Shown: positions 1-9,316 of the stretch, one piece after another | Layout: each line of letters opens with the position of its first letter | Numbering within the stretch: the first letter of the stretch is position 1 | Origin: an uncultured Chloroflexia bacterium | Lineage (GTDB): Bacteria > Chloroflexota > Limnocylindria > Limnocylindrales > CSP1-4 | Direction of reading: 5' to 3' | DNA: 64,000 nucleotides | Assembly (NCBI GenBank): GCA_963821235.1 | Contig: CAWGCS010000001.1 | Coordinates: 510,751-574,750, forward strand | Position numbers and translations under genes: made by a program | Notes under the pieces: generated by a model | Database searches by the model: none | What the model was told of the DNA's origin: nothing | The model's input: only the letters and a program-made list of their open reading frames with translations

Positions 1-212
1 CGCGGCGACGGTCGTCCCGACGTGGGATGCCCCCCCTCTGGCGGCATCCTACCCGTCCGCTCGCCTCCGGACCACCCTCTCGTCCGGGACGTCTCATTCG
101 CGCCCCGGCGGGTGCCCGCGAGCGGCTGCTCGGGACGCGGCGGCGTCCGGGGACGGAGGGCACGGAGATGGTGCGCGCCGGCACCACGGGCCTCCGGGAG
201 TCGGGGGAGGCC

Positions 213-289
213 TGGTACCCCCAACCGGATTCGAACCGGTGATCTCCACCTTGAAAGGGTGGCGTCCTAGGCCTCTAGACGATGGGGGC
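213..289 (-). tRNA. tRNA-Glu (anticodon UUC), CCA encoded
   Basis: Reverse complement reads GCCCCCATCGTCTAGAGGCCTAGGACGCCACCCTTTCAAGGTGG...GGTTCGAATCCGGTTGGGGGTACCA. It has a 7-bp acceptor stem, a GTCTAGAGG D-loop typical of tRNA-Glu, a CTTTCAA anticodon loop with TTC anticodon, a GGTTCGAATCC T-loop and a 3' CCA. Confidence 0.9.
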
Positions 290-344
290 CGGCGGTCCGA
301 GTCTAGCAGGGGCCGAAGGCGCGACGCCGCGGCGGCGAGGCGGC

Positions 345-725
345 TCAGGCCACCCCCCACAGGAGGGAGAGGACCACCGCCGCGGCGAAGCAGCCGAAGG
401 CGATGAGGGCCGCCACTCCGCCCACCACGGCCGCCACGACCGACCGCCCGGGCCGATCGGCCCGGGCCGATCGCACCGTCTCGACCGCGCCGGCGATGGC
501 CAGGGCGGCGAAGACGAGGCCGAGGACGGCCGCTCCCGAGGCGAGCATGGGAATCTGGGTGGCATCCCGGACCGTGATCGCGTAGACGAGGTAGCCGACG
601 GAGCCGACGACGGCGACGAGGAGGACGACCCGTATCGCGGTGACGCGGACCGGCCCGACGAACAGCCCCTCGCGGCGGCTCGTCCCATCCGGGCTGCGCG
701 GCCCCACGTGCCGCTGGTGGCTCAC
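345..725 (-). CDS. small hydrophobic membrane protein (hypothetical)
   Basis: 126-aa ORF with at least 3 predicted TM helices (LLVAVVGSVGYLVYAI, AAVLGLVFAALAIAGAV, VAALIAFGCFAAAVVLSLL). Its start overlaps the upstream methyltransferase stop by 4 bp, suggesting an operon. No recognisable family. Confidence 0.4.
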   Translation of the reverse strand: MSHQRHVGPRSPDGTSRREGLFVGPVRVTAIRVVLLVAVVGSVGYLVYAITVRDATQIPMLASGAAVLGLVFAALAIAGAVETVRSARADRPGRSVVAAVVGGVAALIAFGCFAAAVVLSLLWGVA

Positions 726-1456
726 GACGCGACCCTGACGGGGCTCGCCTCGCCGGTCATCGCCGCGCCTGGAGCCGCGTGGCCCTCAGCCTCCTCGGCC
801 CTGGCGCGGTGATAGACGGCCACGTTCCAGGAGAGCCTGGGCCGCCGGATCGCCCGACCCAGCACGGATCCTCGCTCGCCGAAGGCCTCCGCCAGGAAGG
901 AGCGCGCCTCCTCGACCGAGGAGAACGTCCAGTAGCAGTGGAGGACCCTGATCCGGAAGCCGCCGCGCAGGAACGGGCCGTCGCGCCGGCTCCACCGCGC
1001 GTACTGGGGCGCGTCGGCCGCCTGCAGGGAGCTCACCTCGTCGCGCCCGTAGTCGTGGATGACGAGGAGCCGGCCGCCCGGCCGGAGGACCCGGTCCGCC
1101 TCCGCGAGCGCAGCCAGGTCCACGCCGCGGAACCCCGACCAGGCGAAGACGAGGGCGTCGAGGCTGCCCGGGGCGGCGTCGAGCCGCAGCGGCTCGCTCG
1201 GCGACAGGTGGCGGATCCTGGCGCCGAGATCGCCCAGGGAGCCGGCCAGGCGCCCATCGGGCGCGTCCACGAGGCCGACCTCGCCGTTGGCCAACGAGCC
1301 CAGCGCCACGAGGGCGCGGGGGATCTTACCTTCGACATCGGCGACGGCCTGGAGGCGCGACGCGAGCGCTGCCGGGAGCTGCCTTGCCTGGTCGACCACG
1401 GGGACGAGGATACGCGGGCACCGCTGGGCCCGTCGCGCAAGCCCCGGTGCGGGCAT
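722..1456 (-). CDS. class I SAM-dependent methyltransferase
   Basis: Has a glycine-rich SAM-binding motif I (GLVDAPDGRLAGSLGDLGARI) and a post-II motif (RVLRPGGRLLVIHDYG) typical of Methyltransf_11/25. Codon bias is consistent with coding. Confidence 0.7.
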   Translation of the reverse strand: MPAPGLARRAQRCPRILVPVVDQARQLPAALASRLQAVADVEGKIPRALVALGSLANGEVGLVDAPDGRLAGSLGDLGARIRHLSPSEPLRLDAAPGSLDALVFAWSGFRGVDLAALAEADRVLRPGGRLLVIHDYGRDEVSSLQAADAPQYARWSRRDGPFLRGGFRIRVLHCYWTFSSVEEARSFLAEAFGERGSVLGRAIRRPRLSWNVAVYHRARAEEAEGHAAPGAAMTGEASPVRVAS

Positions 1457-1523
1457 CGGGCGCGGGGCGCCACCGACCGGCGTGTGCGGCCCCGCCCCGG
1501 TCAGCGGCCGCCGGACCGCCTCC

Positions 1524-4500
1524 TCAGCCGCACTGGTCGACGTCGCGCCACCTGGCGACCTCGTCGGGGACCTGCTGCGTCCCGTCCGCGCCGAACGTGA
1601 CGGTGACCGTCCGGTTGGGGATCTCGCCGCAGGCGGCGTCCTTCTCGACCGCCTCCCAGGAGCCGCGGGTGTACTTGTACTGCGGCGTGTCGCCCTCCGT
1701 GAAGGGCAGGGTGATCGTCCACGTCCGCTCGTCGACCCTGGTCATCGGCGTTGCCGCCGGGTCCCATCCCTGGAAGTCGCCGGCGATATGGATCGTGTCG
1801 GCCGCCGGGGTGTTGGCCGGCAGCGACACGGTGAAGGTGACGGCCACCTGCCGCGTCTGGGCCTCGACGCTCGCCTCGGCCGAGAGGGCGGACCGGTTGT
1901 AGCTGCTGTCGACGGCGGCCACGACGTACGCGTAGGTCGCCCCCGTGGCAATCGTGTCGTCGGTGTAGGTGGGGTCGGTGGCCAGGCCGATCTGCTCGTA
2001 CGGGCCGCCGGGGCTGCTGCTCCGCAGGACCGCGTAGCGGTAGAGGTCGCCGGCCGGGACGGGATCCCAGGCCAGGGTGATCGACGAGCCGGCGACCGTC
2101 GCGACGCGCGGCCGGGCCGGGGCTGGCGGCGGCTCGCGGTCGGGTCCCTGGGTGGCCTGCAGCGACAGCGCCTGCTCGGCCCGGTAGGCCCACGGCCGGC
2201 CCTCGCCGGCCACGATGCCGCCACGGTCGGCATAGGACCACGTCAGCCCGCCGTCGGTCGAGATCCGGAGGACCACGCTGAACGTCCCAAGCGCCTCCGG
2301 GCGCACCGTCCCGACGAGGCGGTCCGCGCCGTCGACGTCGGCCTCGAAGGCCATGTCGCTCCACGCGTAGTCCGCGGCGGGGTCGGCGGAGGAGGCCGGC
2401 CCGACCCCGAGCTGGGCGCGCAGCCCGATGCTGGTCCCGGCGGCAGCCGAGACGTCGGAGCGGACGAGGGCCCGGATCGGCGTCCCGGCGGCCACCGCCG
2501 AGAGAGGCTGGCTCAGGCTCGCCTCGTCCTCGAGGCGCGCGTCGGTGATCGCGACCTCCGCCAGGGCGTCCGCCTCGGGCGACCGCGCGCCGGCGTTGCC
2601 GGCCGCGTCCCGGGCCGTCACGACGTAGTGGTAGCGGGTGCCGTTGCGGATCGTGGCATCGACGAAGGTCGCGGCTTTGGCGCTCCCGACGACCTCGTAG
2701 CCGCCGCCCGCCAGGATCGAGCGCCAGACCTCGTAGCCGGCTGCGCCGTTGACCGGCTCCCAGGCGAGCTCGACCCGGCCAGTGGCGGCCGTCGCGATGA
2801 GGGCGCCCGGCGCACCGGGCGCCTGCAGATCCGTCCCCGGAGCCGTCAGCAGGACGGCGAGGCCCCGGGCCGGCAGCTGGACGGTCACGCCGCCGGGCCC
2901 CGCCACCGTCGTGGCGCCGCCGATCGCGTCGCGGAGCCGGGTCCCGACCGGGAGCCGGTCCGCGAGGTCCACCGCCACCGTCCGGGCCTGGTCCGCGAGG
3001 TTGAGGACCACGACCGCGGCCTCGTCGGGGCTCCGCCGCAGGTAGGCCAGGGTGCCCGCCGCGTCGTCGGCGTGGACGAACTGGAGGTCGCCCGTTCGCA
3101 ACGCCTCGTGGTCGCGGCGCAGCTGGCCCAGCGTCCGGTACCAGTCCCGCAGCTCGGTGTCGATCGAGTCCCAGGGGTACGGCCGCCGGTCGTCGGGGTC
3201 GTCGTGGCCGGTCAGCCCGGCCTCGGTGCCGTAGTAGATGGAGGCCATGCCCGGCCAGGTGAGCTGGAGCCCGGAGACGAGCCGCAGCTTCGCCTTCGCC
3301 TCGGCCAGCCCGGCCGACGACTCCTTGACCGCCGGATCGTCCCGGCCGGGTGCGAGGGTCCACAGGATCCTCGTCGTGTCGTGGCTGTCGACGAGGTTGA
3401 GGAGTGCCTCGAAGGCCGGCGCCGGGTAGTCCTCCATGACGCCGCGCATCCGCTCCACGAACTGCGACGGCGCCAGGCCGGCGATCGCCCCGTCGAGGTC
3501 GGCCGTGTCGCCGGCGACGAGGCCGATCACGGCCCGCCGGAAGCGGTAGTTCATCGTGCTGTCCGCCTCGTCGCCGAGGAGCCAGGCGGACGCGTCCCCC
3601 CACTGCTCGCCCAGGACCAGGGCGTCCGGGTCGGTGGCCTTCGCCGCCTCGCGGATGCGGCGCATGAAGCCGGCGCTGAGATTGTCCATGACGTCGAGGC
3701 GCCAGCCGGCAGTCCCGGCCGCCAGCCACCGCCGGACGACCCCGTCCGGGCCCGTGAACAGGTCGTAGACCGCGCCCTGCTCGACGACCTCGGGGATCGT
3801 GTCGAAGCCGAACCAGCCGACGTAGTAGGTGTCCGTCCCGCCTGTCGTCGAGGGCGCGCAGGGGGACGGCTCGTTCGGCTTCGGGGCGCGGAAGGTGAAC
3901 CAGGCGCGATAGGGCGAGCCGGCCGCCTCGCAGGCGCCGACCTGGGCGTACCGCCGCTCCCGGTCGAACCACGGCGAATCCGACGACACGTGGTTGAAGA
4001 CGCCGTCGAGGAGGACCCGGATCCCCCGTGCCTTCGCCTCGTCGACCAGCCGCTCGAAGTCCGCCTGGGTCCCGAGGTCGGGGTCGATGACCTCGTAGCT
4101 GCTCGTGTCGTAGCGGTGATTGGACGGCGCGGCGAAGATCGGGTTGAGGTAGAGGACCGTGACCCCGAGGGCGGCGAGGTCGTCGAGCCTGGCCGTGATC
4201 CCAGCCAGGTCGCCGCCGTAGAAGTCGCGCCCGAGCGGGCTCTCGGTGCAGGCCACGCCCTGGTAGGCCCGACAGTACCCCTCCGGAAGGTCGTCCCAGG
4301 CCTTCTTCAGGATGGGGTTGCCGTAGACGTCGCCGTACCGGTAGACCGCGGCGCCGGTCGTTCCCGGCCGGGCATCGGGGGAGGGGTCGTTCGTCGGGTC
4401 GCCGTTGGCGAAACGGTCCGGGAAGACCTGATAGACGACGGCTCCGTGGGCCCAGGCGGGGGTCGTGAAGTCGGGTCGGTAGACATCGATCTGCCAGGAC

Positions 4501-5096
4501 GCGTCGATGCTCGTCGCATAGACGCGGCCGGCGCCGCCGTCGCTGCCCTCGTTCGCCGCGCCGCCCGCCGCATCCGGCGGATCGTCCTCGACGTATCTCG
4601 TGCTCGGCCCGTCGCGGACGATGAAGCGGTACCACAGGACGGTCGGGCGGGCGGAGGTCCGGATCGTCGCCTGCCAGTAGTCGTAGCCGTGCTCGCCCAG
4701 GGTGCGGTCGCTGGCGACGACGGACATCGGGACCAGAGCCTGGATGCTCTCCCCGGCGTCCCAGACCCGCGCGGTCGCGCCGGTCAGGTCGCCCGCGGTC
4801 GCCCGCAGGCGGAGCGTGACGGCCGTGCCGGCCGGCACGGCCCCGAAGGGGATGCGGTACGTGTCGCTGCGGCTGTCGTGGGCCAGACCGGCCTCGTCGA
4901 TGGCCCCGTCCGGGACGAGGGGGACGCGGTCGGCGACGGCGACCGGCCCGCCCGACGGAGAGGGCGACGGCGTCGGCGTCGGCCCCGGGCGCGTGAGCAC
5001 GAGCGCCACGCCGACCAGGGCGACGGCCGCAACGACCCCGGCGACGGCGAGCGGGCCCCGGCGAGCCGCCGGGCGGGGTTGGGTCGTCGGAGCCAT
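1524..5096 (-). CDS. membrane-anchored multidomain GH13 alpha-amylase/pullulanase-like enzyme with FN3 domains and a C-terminal starch-binding module
   Basis: Has an N-terminal signal anchor (LAVAGVVAAVALVGVALVL) followed by a Pro/Ser/Thr linker. GH13 catalytic regions are present: YQVFPDRFANGDP, VLYLNPIF, GIRVLLDGVFNH, GWRLDV, and DSHDT (conserved region IV). Two or three FN3-like modules follow (ITLAWDPVPAGDLYRY; RVELAWEPVNGAAGYEVWRS). The C-terminus is a CBM20/25-like starch-binding domain (IHIAGDFQGWDP...YKYTRGSWE). Start was moved to the internal ATG (MAPTTQP) because the 5' part of the ORF overlaps the upstream gene. Confidence 0.85.
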   Translation of the reverse strand: MAPTTQPRPAARRGPLAVAGVVAAVALVGVALVLTRPGPTPTPSPSPSGGPVAVADRVPLVPDGAIDEAGLAHDSRSDTYRIPFGAVPAGTAVTLRLRATAGDLTGATARVWDAGESIQALVPMSVVASDRTLGEHGYDYWQATIRTSARPTVLWYRFIVRDGPSTRYVEDDPPDAAGGAANEGSDGGAGRVYATSIDASWQIDVYRPDFTTPAWAHGAVVYQVFPDRFANGDPTNDPSPDARPGTTGAAVYRYGDVYGNPILKKAWDDLPEGYCRAYQGVACTESPLGRDFYGGDLAGITARLDDLAALGVTVLYLNPIFAAPSNHRYDTSSYEVIDPDLGTQADFERLVDEAKARGIRVLLDGVFNHVSSDSPWFDRERRYAQVGACEAAGSPYRAWFTFRAPKPNEPSPCAPSTTGGTDTYYVGWFGFDTIPEVVEQGAVYDLFTGPDGVVRRWLAAGTAGWRLDVMDNLSAGFMRRIREAAKATDPDALVLGEQWGDASAWLLGDEADSTMNYRFRRAVIGLVAGDTADLDGAIAGLAPSQFVERMRGVMEDYPAPAFEALLNLVDSHDTTRILWTLAPGRDDPAVKESSAGLAEAKAKLRLVSGLQLTWPGMASIYYGTEAGLTGHDDPDDRRPYPWDSIDTELRDWYRTLGQLRRDHEALRTGDLQFVHADDAAGTLAYLRRSPDEAAVVVLNLADQARTVAVDLADRLPVGTRLRDAIGGATTVAGPGGVTVQLPARGLAVLLTAPGTDLQAPGAPGALIATAATGRVELAWEPVNGAAGYEVWRSILAGGGYEVVGSAKAATFVDATIRNGTRYHYVVTARDAAGNAGARSPEADALAEVAITDARLEDEASLSQPLSAVAAGTPIRALVRSDVSAAAGTSIGLRAQLGVGPASSADPAADYAWSDMAFEADVDGADRLVGTVRPEALGTFSVVLRISTDGGLTWSYADRGGIVAGEGRPWAYRAEQALSLQATQGPDREPPPAPARPRVATVAGSSITLAWDPVPAGDLYRYAVLRSSSPGGPYEQIGLATDPTYTDDTIATGATYAYVVAAVDSSYNRSALSAEASVEAQTRQVAVTFTVSLPANTPAADTIHIAGDFQGWDPAATPMTRVDERTWTITLPFTEGDTPQYKYTRGSWEAVEKDAACGEIPNRTVTVTFGADGTQQVPDEVARWRDVDQCG

Positions 5097-5103
5097 GGCC
5101 GGA

Positions 5104-6657
5104 TCAGGCCTCCACGCGGAGGGCGAGGCCAGCGCGGGCCGGGACCTCGATGACCGCCCGGCCGTCCGCCACGACCGGGGGCCCGACCGGCTCCGCATCG
5201 CCGGGGAGGGGCACGTGGACGAGCCGGCGCCCGGCCGCCTCGGGCACGTCGACCTCGAGCCGGGCGGCCTCCTCGCCGGCGTTGAGAGCGATGACGAAGG
5301 CTGACTCGCCGTCGCTGCGCAGGTAGGCCATCGCCATCCCCTGCGCCTCCAGGACCCGGAAGGCGCCACGGCGCAGGACTGGGTTCGCCCGACGGAGGGC
5401 CGCGGCGGCGGTCACGTAGGCGAGGAGCTCTCGATCCCACGCCTCCGGCGTGGCCCACGGGAACGCCCCCCGGCAAGCGGGGTCCTGGGCGCCCGCCAGG
5501 CCGATCTCGTCGCCGTAGAAGATCGAGGGCGCGCCGGGCACCGTCATCTGGACGAGCGTCGCGAGGCGCAGCGAGGCTCGATCGCCGCTGCACATCGTGA
5601 TGAAGCGCGGCGTGTCGTGGCTGTCGAGGAGGTTGAGCTGGACCGCCACCACCTCCGGGTCGTACATCGTCAGGACGTGCTCGAGGCGGCGGGCGAAGGC
5701 CGGCCCGTCGTCGCGGGTCACCTGGCGGCGGATCGTGAAGTGCGAGCCGATGACCTCGTCGTCGTGGTGGAGGGCGCCTACGAACGACAGCACGGCGGCC
5801 ATGAACGGGTAGTTCATGAGCGCGTCGTACTGGTCGCCCCTGAGCGCCTCCGGCCGCTCCTCCCAGATCTCGGCCACGATGTAGGCCTCCGGGTTGATGG
5901 CCTTGACCCGGCGCCGGAACTCGCGCCAGAACTCGACGTCGCGGATCTCCTCCGGAACGTCGAGGCGCCAGCCGTCGATGCCGAAGCGGAGCCAGTGCTC
6001 GGCGACCCCGAAGAGGTACTCGCGGACCTCGGGGTTGTCCGTGTTCAGCTTGGGGAGCGCCGGGAGGTCCCACCAGGCCCGGTAGCCCAGCTCGCGCAGG
6101 GAGCTGACGCCGTCGAGGCGCTCGAACGGCGCGTCGGCCAGGTCGAGGACGTCGGTGCGCTCCTCGGGGAATGCGCGGACCTGGCGGCCGGTGTCGAGCG
6201 CCTCCTGGTCGAAGTAGAACCAATACCTGTAGGGCGAATCCCGACCGACCTCCATGACGTGGTTGAAGGGCCAGAAGCCGCGGCTGGCGTGGTTGAAGAC
6301 GCCGTCCAGGACGACCCGGATGCCGCGCGCGTGGCAGGCGTCCAGCAGCTCGCGCAGGGCGGCGTCGCCGCCCAGGAGCGGGTCGACGACCAGGTAGTCG
6401 TAGGTGTGGTAGCGGTGGTTCGAGGCCGACTGGAAGACCGGGTTGAGGTAGATCGCCGTGACCCCCAGCTCGATGAGGTGGTCGAGGTGCTCGACCACGC
6501 CCAGGAGGTCCCCGCCCTTGAACCCCGTCGTCGTCGGAGGCGACTCCCAGGGCTCCAGGGGTCCCGGCTTGTGGACGCGGGCGCTCGACGCGAACCGGTC
6601 TGGGAAGACCTGGTAGAAGACGGCGTCGCGGACCCAGGCGGGGGTTACGATGGACAC
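5104..6657 (-). CDS. cytoplasmic GH13 family glycosidase (neopullulanase/cyclomaltodextrinase/alpha-glucosidase-like)
   Basis: No signal peptide. GH13 motifs are present: AVFYQVFPDRFA, AIYLNPVF, GIRVVLDGVFNH, GWRLDV, IVAEIWEE, LLDSHDTPRF and FYGDEIG. Confidence 0.85.
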   Translation of the reverse strand: MSIVTPAWVRDAVFYQVFPDRFASSARVHKPGPLEPWESPPTTTGFKGGDLLGVVEHLDHLIELGVTAIYLNPVFQSASNHRYHTYDYLVVDPLLGGDAALRELLDACHARGIRVVLDGVFNHASRGFWPFNHVMEVGRDSPYRYWFYFDQEALDTGRQVRAFPEERTDVLDLADAPFERLDGVSSLRELGYRAWWDLPALPKLNTDNPEVREYLFGVAEHWLRFGIDGWRLDVPEEIRDVEFWREFRRRVKAINPEAYIVAEIWEERPEALRGDQYDALMNYPFMAAVLSFVGALHHDDEVIGSHFTIRRQVTRDDGPAFARRLEHVLTMYDPEVVAVQLNLLDSHDTPRFITMCSGDRASLRLATLVQMTVPGAPSIFYGDEIGLAGAQDPACRGAFPWATPEAWDRELLAYVTAAAALRRANPVLRRGAFRVLEAQGMAMAYLRSDGESAFVIALNAGEEAARLEVDVPEAAGRRLVHVPLPGDAEPVGPPVVADGRAVIEVPARAGLALRVEA

Positions 6658-6698
6658 GGGCTGGACCTCAGGCGGGTTGCGGCCAGGAGACTGGGTGC

Positions 6699-7253
6699 AT
6701 GCGGGTGAAGGTGCGGACGGTCGCTCCGCCCACCGACGACACCGGGCTCGACGAGCTCGTCGCGGAGCCGATGCCGGGCCAGGAGCGGCGGGAAGAAGCC
6801 AGGATGGCCGACGGGCCTCGCCCGGCCGGTGGCGACGTCCACCTCGAGACGCGCCGGCGGTCGCTGGCGGCGTCCGACCTCGGACCGAACGGGGACGTCG
6901 TCCTCGATCTGCTCGCCCGGGCCGCGCGGCTGACGCCGGCGGAGTGCCGGGCGCTCGATGGGGCGGCGGCCTGGCGGTGGTGGATGCTGACCCCCCTTCC
7001 CGGCTTCGGCATGCCCGGTGCCCGCGCGCTCGCGCTGCTCCGGGGCCGCGCCGACGGACGCGCGGGCGCGCTCGCGGCGCTGGAGGCGGCGGCCGCCGGG
7101 ATCGCCGTCGGGGTCGGCGGGGCGAAGGCCGGCCGCTCGCGACTGCGCACCGCCATCTCGAACGCCGGCCTGGCCGTCCTCGTCCGCGATCTCATCGAGC
7201 CGGACACCTTCGAGATCCTCTTCGGACCCTGGCGCGAGGTCATGCATCACTGA
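6699..7253 (+). CDS. hypothetical protein
   Basis: 184-aa ORF with strong GC3 codon bias consistent with coding. It sits in a 645-bp gap between minus-strand mal genes. No recognisable domain. The true start may be an internal Met. Confidence 0.4.
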   Translation: MRVKVRTVAPPTDDTGLDELVAEPMPGQERREEARMADGPRPAGGDVHLETRRRSLAASDLGPNGDVVLDLLARAARLTPAECRALDGAAAWRWWMLTPLPGFGMPGARALALLRGRADGRAGALAALEAAAAGIAVGVGGAKAGRSRLRTAISNAGLAVLVRDLIEPDTFEILFGPWREVMHH

Positions 7254-7302
7254 GGGACGCGGTGCCGGCCCGTCCGGATCGGGCGGGCCGGCGACCGGCG
7301 AC

Positions 7303-8208
7303 CTAGCCCTTGACGCCGCCGGCGGTGACGCCTGAGACGAGCCACTTGGACGAATAGAGGAAGAGCGCGATCACGGGGATCGAGATGAGGATGGAGGCCG
7401 CCGCGAGGTCGTTCCACTGGGTCTGGAACTGCTGCTGGAAGCGCTGGAGGCCCAGCGGCCACGTCAGCAGCCCCTCCTTGGAGAGGAGGATGCGGGCCAG
7501 GAAGTAGTCGTTCCAGGCGGCCAGGAAGTTGAACAGGAAGACGATCGCCAGGGCCGGCGTGGAGAGCGGCAGGAGGACCCGGTAGAACGCCTCCAGCTGG
7601 GAGCAGCCGTCGATCCGGGCCGCCTCCTCGAGCTCGACCGGGACCGTGTCGTAGTAGCCCTTCAGGATCCAGATGCTGAACGGCACCGACGTGACGGACA
7701 GGCCGATGACCATGCCCACGTAGGTGTTCGCCAGCTTGAACTGCACGGCGAGGATGTAGATCGGGACCAGCAGCATGGCGGCCGGGATGAGCTGGGTCGC
7801 CAGGAGGGTCGTCAGGCCCACGCCGCGGCCGGGGAACTTGAAGCGGCTGAAGGCGTACGCCGACGTCGCCGCGACGATGACTCCCACGATCGCCGTGCCT
7901 GTCGTCACGACCATGCTGTTGAAGAGCCACAGGGGCAGGTCCGTCTCGCCCAGCACGTGGCGGAACGCGTCGAGCGTGGCCCCGTCGGGAATGAGGGAGA
8001 AGTGGGAGTCCAGCAGCCGGTTCCCGGGCCGCAGGGCGACGCCGAGGACGCGCACGATGGGGAACGCGGCGATGATCGCCGCCCCGCCCAGCAGGAGGTG
8101 GATGGCGAGCCGCTTGAGAGGGCGATCGGTCCGGCCGCTGGCGGTCTTCGCCGGGACGGACCGGCCTGCGACCAGCGGGGTGGGGGGGACGACGTTCGAG
8201 CCGCTCAT
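7303..8208 (-). CDS. ABC sugar (maltose/maltodextrin-type) transporter permease, MalG-like
   Basis: 301 aa with 6 TM helices and the ABC permease EAA-like motif (EEAARIDGCSQLEAFYRVLLPL). Its ATG overlaps the upstream permease stop in an ATGA arrangement. The 699-aa ORF in the track is a 5' extension artefact. Confidence 0.9.
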   Translation of the reverse strand: MSGSNVVPPTPLVAGRSVPAKTASGRTDRPLKRLAIHLLLGGAAIIAAFPIVRVLGVALRPGNRLLDSHFSLIPDGATLDAFRHVLGETDLPLWLFNSMVVTTGTAIVGVIVAATSAYAFSRFKFPGRGVGLTTLLATQLIPAAMLLVPIYILAVQFKLANTYVGMVIGLSVTSVPFSIWILKGYYDTVPVELEEAARIDGCSQLEAFYRVLLPLSTPALAIVFLFNFLAAWNDYFLARILLSKEGLLTWPLGLQRFQQQFQTQWNDLAAASILISIPVIALFLYSSKWLVSGVTAGGVKG

Positions 8209-9230
8209 TCGTAGGCCCCCTTCAGGCTGCCCGTGCGACGGATGTAGACGACGGTGAAGGCCAGCAGGATCAGGAAGACCACGAACGCGAACGCGGCGGC
8301 GTCGCCGTAGCGGTTGTACTGGAAGGCCTGCCGGAAGAGCGCCGTCACCAGGATGTCGCTCGTCTCGAGCTCGTTCTGGTTGATGAAGTACGGGACGTTG
8401 ATGTTGTTGAACGTCCACACGGTGCCGAGGATGATCGCCGGCGTCAGGACCGGTCGCAGCAACGGCAGGGTGATCCGGCGGAACGCCTGGCGGCTGCTCG
8501 CGCCGTCGATCTCCGCCGCCTCGTAGAAGTCGGCCGGGATGCTCTGCAGGCCGCCCAGGATGATCACCATCATGAACGGGACGCCCAGCCAGACGTTCGT
8601 GATGACCATCGCCGCGAAGTTCCAGAACGGGTCGGAGAGCCAGGCGATGGGCCCCAGGCCGACCAGCCCCAGGAGCTGGTTGGCCGCGCCGAACTCGTAG
8701 TTGTACTCGGTCCGCCAGATGAGGAGGGCGATGATCTGGGGGATGGCCCACGGCAGGACGATGAGGGCACGGTAGATCCCCTTCCCCCGCATCTTGCGGT
8801 GGAGGAGGAGGGCGAGCCCCATCCCCAGCGACACGTGGAAGAAGACGTTGATCGACGTCCACAGCACCGTCTGGGCGAAGAGCTGCCAGAAACCCGTCAG
8901 CTTGAGGACGGGCTCGGTGAAGACCTGGACGTAGTTCTCGAGCCCCACGAAGAGCCCGTTGGAGAGCCCCAGGAACCCCGGATCCTTGAAGTTCCGGAGG
9001 CTCATCTTGGTGAACGAGACGTTCAGCTCCCAGAGGAGCGGCCAGCCGATCAGGAGCGCCAGGCCCAGCGCGGCGGGCGCGACGAGCATGATCGGGATGG
9101 CGTACTTCGTCTTGATGAGCCTGACGAGGAGCAGGTAGAGCAGCCCCTCGAGCAGGGCGACGACGACGGCGATGACGATGAGCGTCAGCCCGACCTGCCC
9201 GATGGCGGTCGTGACCGCGTCCAGGTTCAA
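8205..9230 (-). CDS. ABC sugar transporter permease, MalF-like
   Basis: 341 aa, multi-TM, with the permease signature EAAEIDGASSRQAFRRITLPLLRP. Confidence 0.9.
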   Translation of the reverse strand: MNLDAVTTAIGQVGLTLIVIAVVVALLEGLLYLLLVRLIKTKYAIPIMLVAPAALGLALLIGWPLLWELNVSFTKMSLRNFKDPGFLGLSNGLFVGLENYVQVFTEPVLKLTGFWQLFAQTVLWTSINVFFHVSLGMGLALLLHRKMRGKGIYRALIVLPWAIPQIIALLIWRTEYNYEFGAANQLLGLVGLGPIAWLSDPFWNFAAMVITNVWLGVPFMMVIILGGLQSIPADFYEAAEIDGASSRQAFRRITLPLLRPVLTPAIILGTVWTFNNINVPYFINQNELETSDILVTALFRQAFQYNRYGDAAAFAFVVFLILLAFTVVYIRRTGSLKGAYE

Positions 9231-9316
9231 GGGTTCCTCCCTCGGTGCGCAGGTTCCGGGCGTCGACGGGCGGTATGGCGAGGGCCCCGGGGCGGCAGCC
9301 CCGGGGCCCTCTGCCG

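Noticed and set aside
25-49. Hairpin GGATGCC...GGCATCC downstream of tRNA-Glu as a terminator
   Set aside because: The 7-bp stem has no following U-tract on the relevant strand. It is too weak to call.
1059-5153. Very long antisense or off-frame ORFs (1364 aa on + at 1059-5153, 1044 aa on - at 1501-4635, and similar at 11898-13631, 13231-15135, 16022-18802, 28669-31515, 40595-44332 and 43930-46449)
   Set aside because: These are typical high-GC artefacts. They are Arg/Pro/Gly/Ala-rich low-complexity translations with no domain signatures, they overlap genes with clear homology on another frame or strand, and they lack the GC3 bias of the real frame.
6645-7250. Minus-strand 201-aa and 191-aa ORFs in the malG-GH13 gap
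   Set aside because: They are low-complexity with poor codon bias. The plus-strand ORF at 6699-7253 shows proper GC3 bias.
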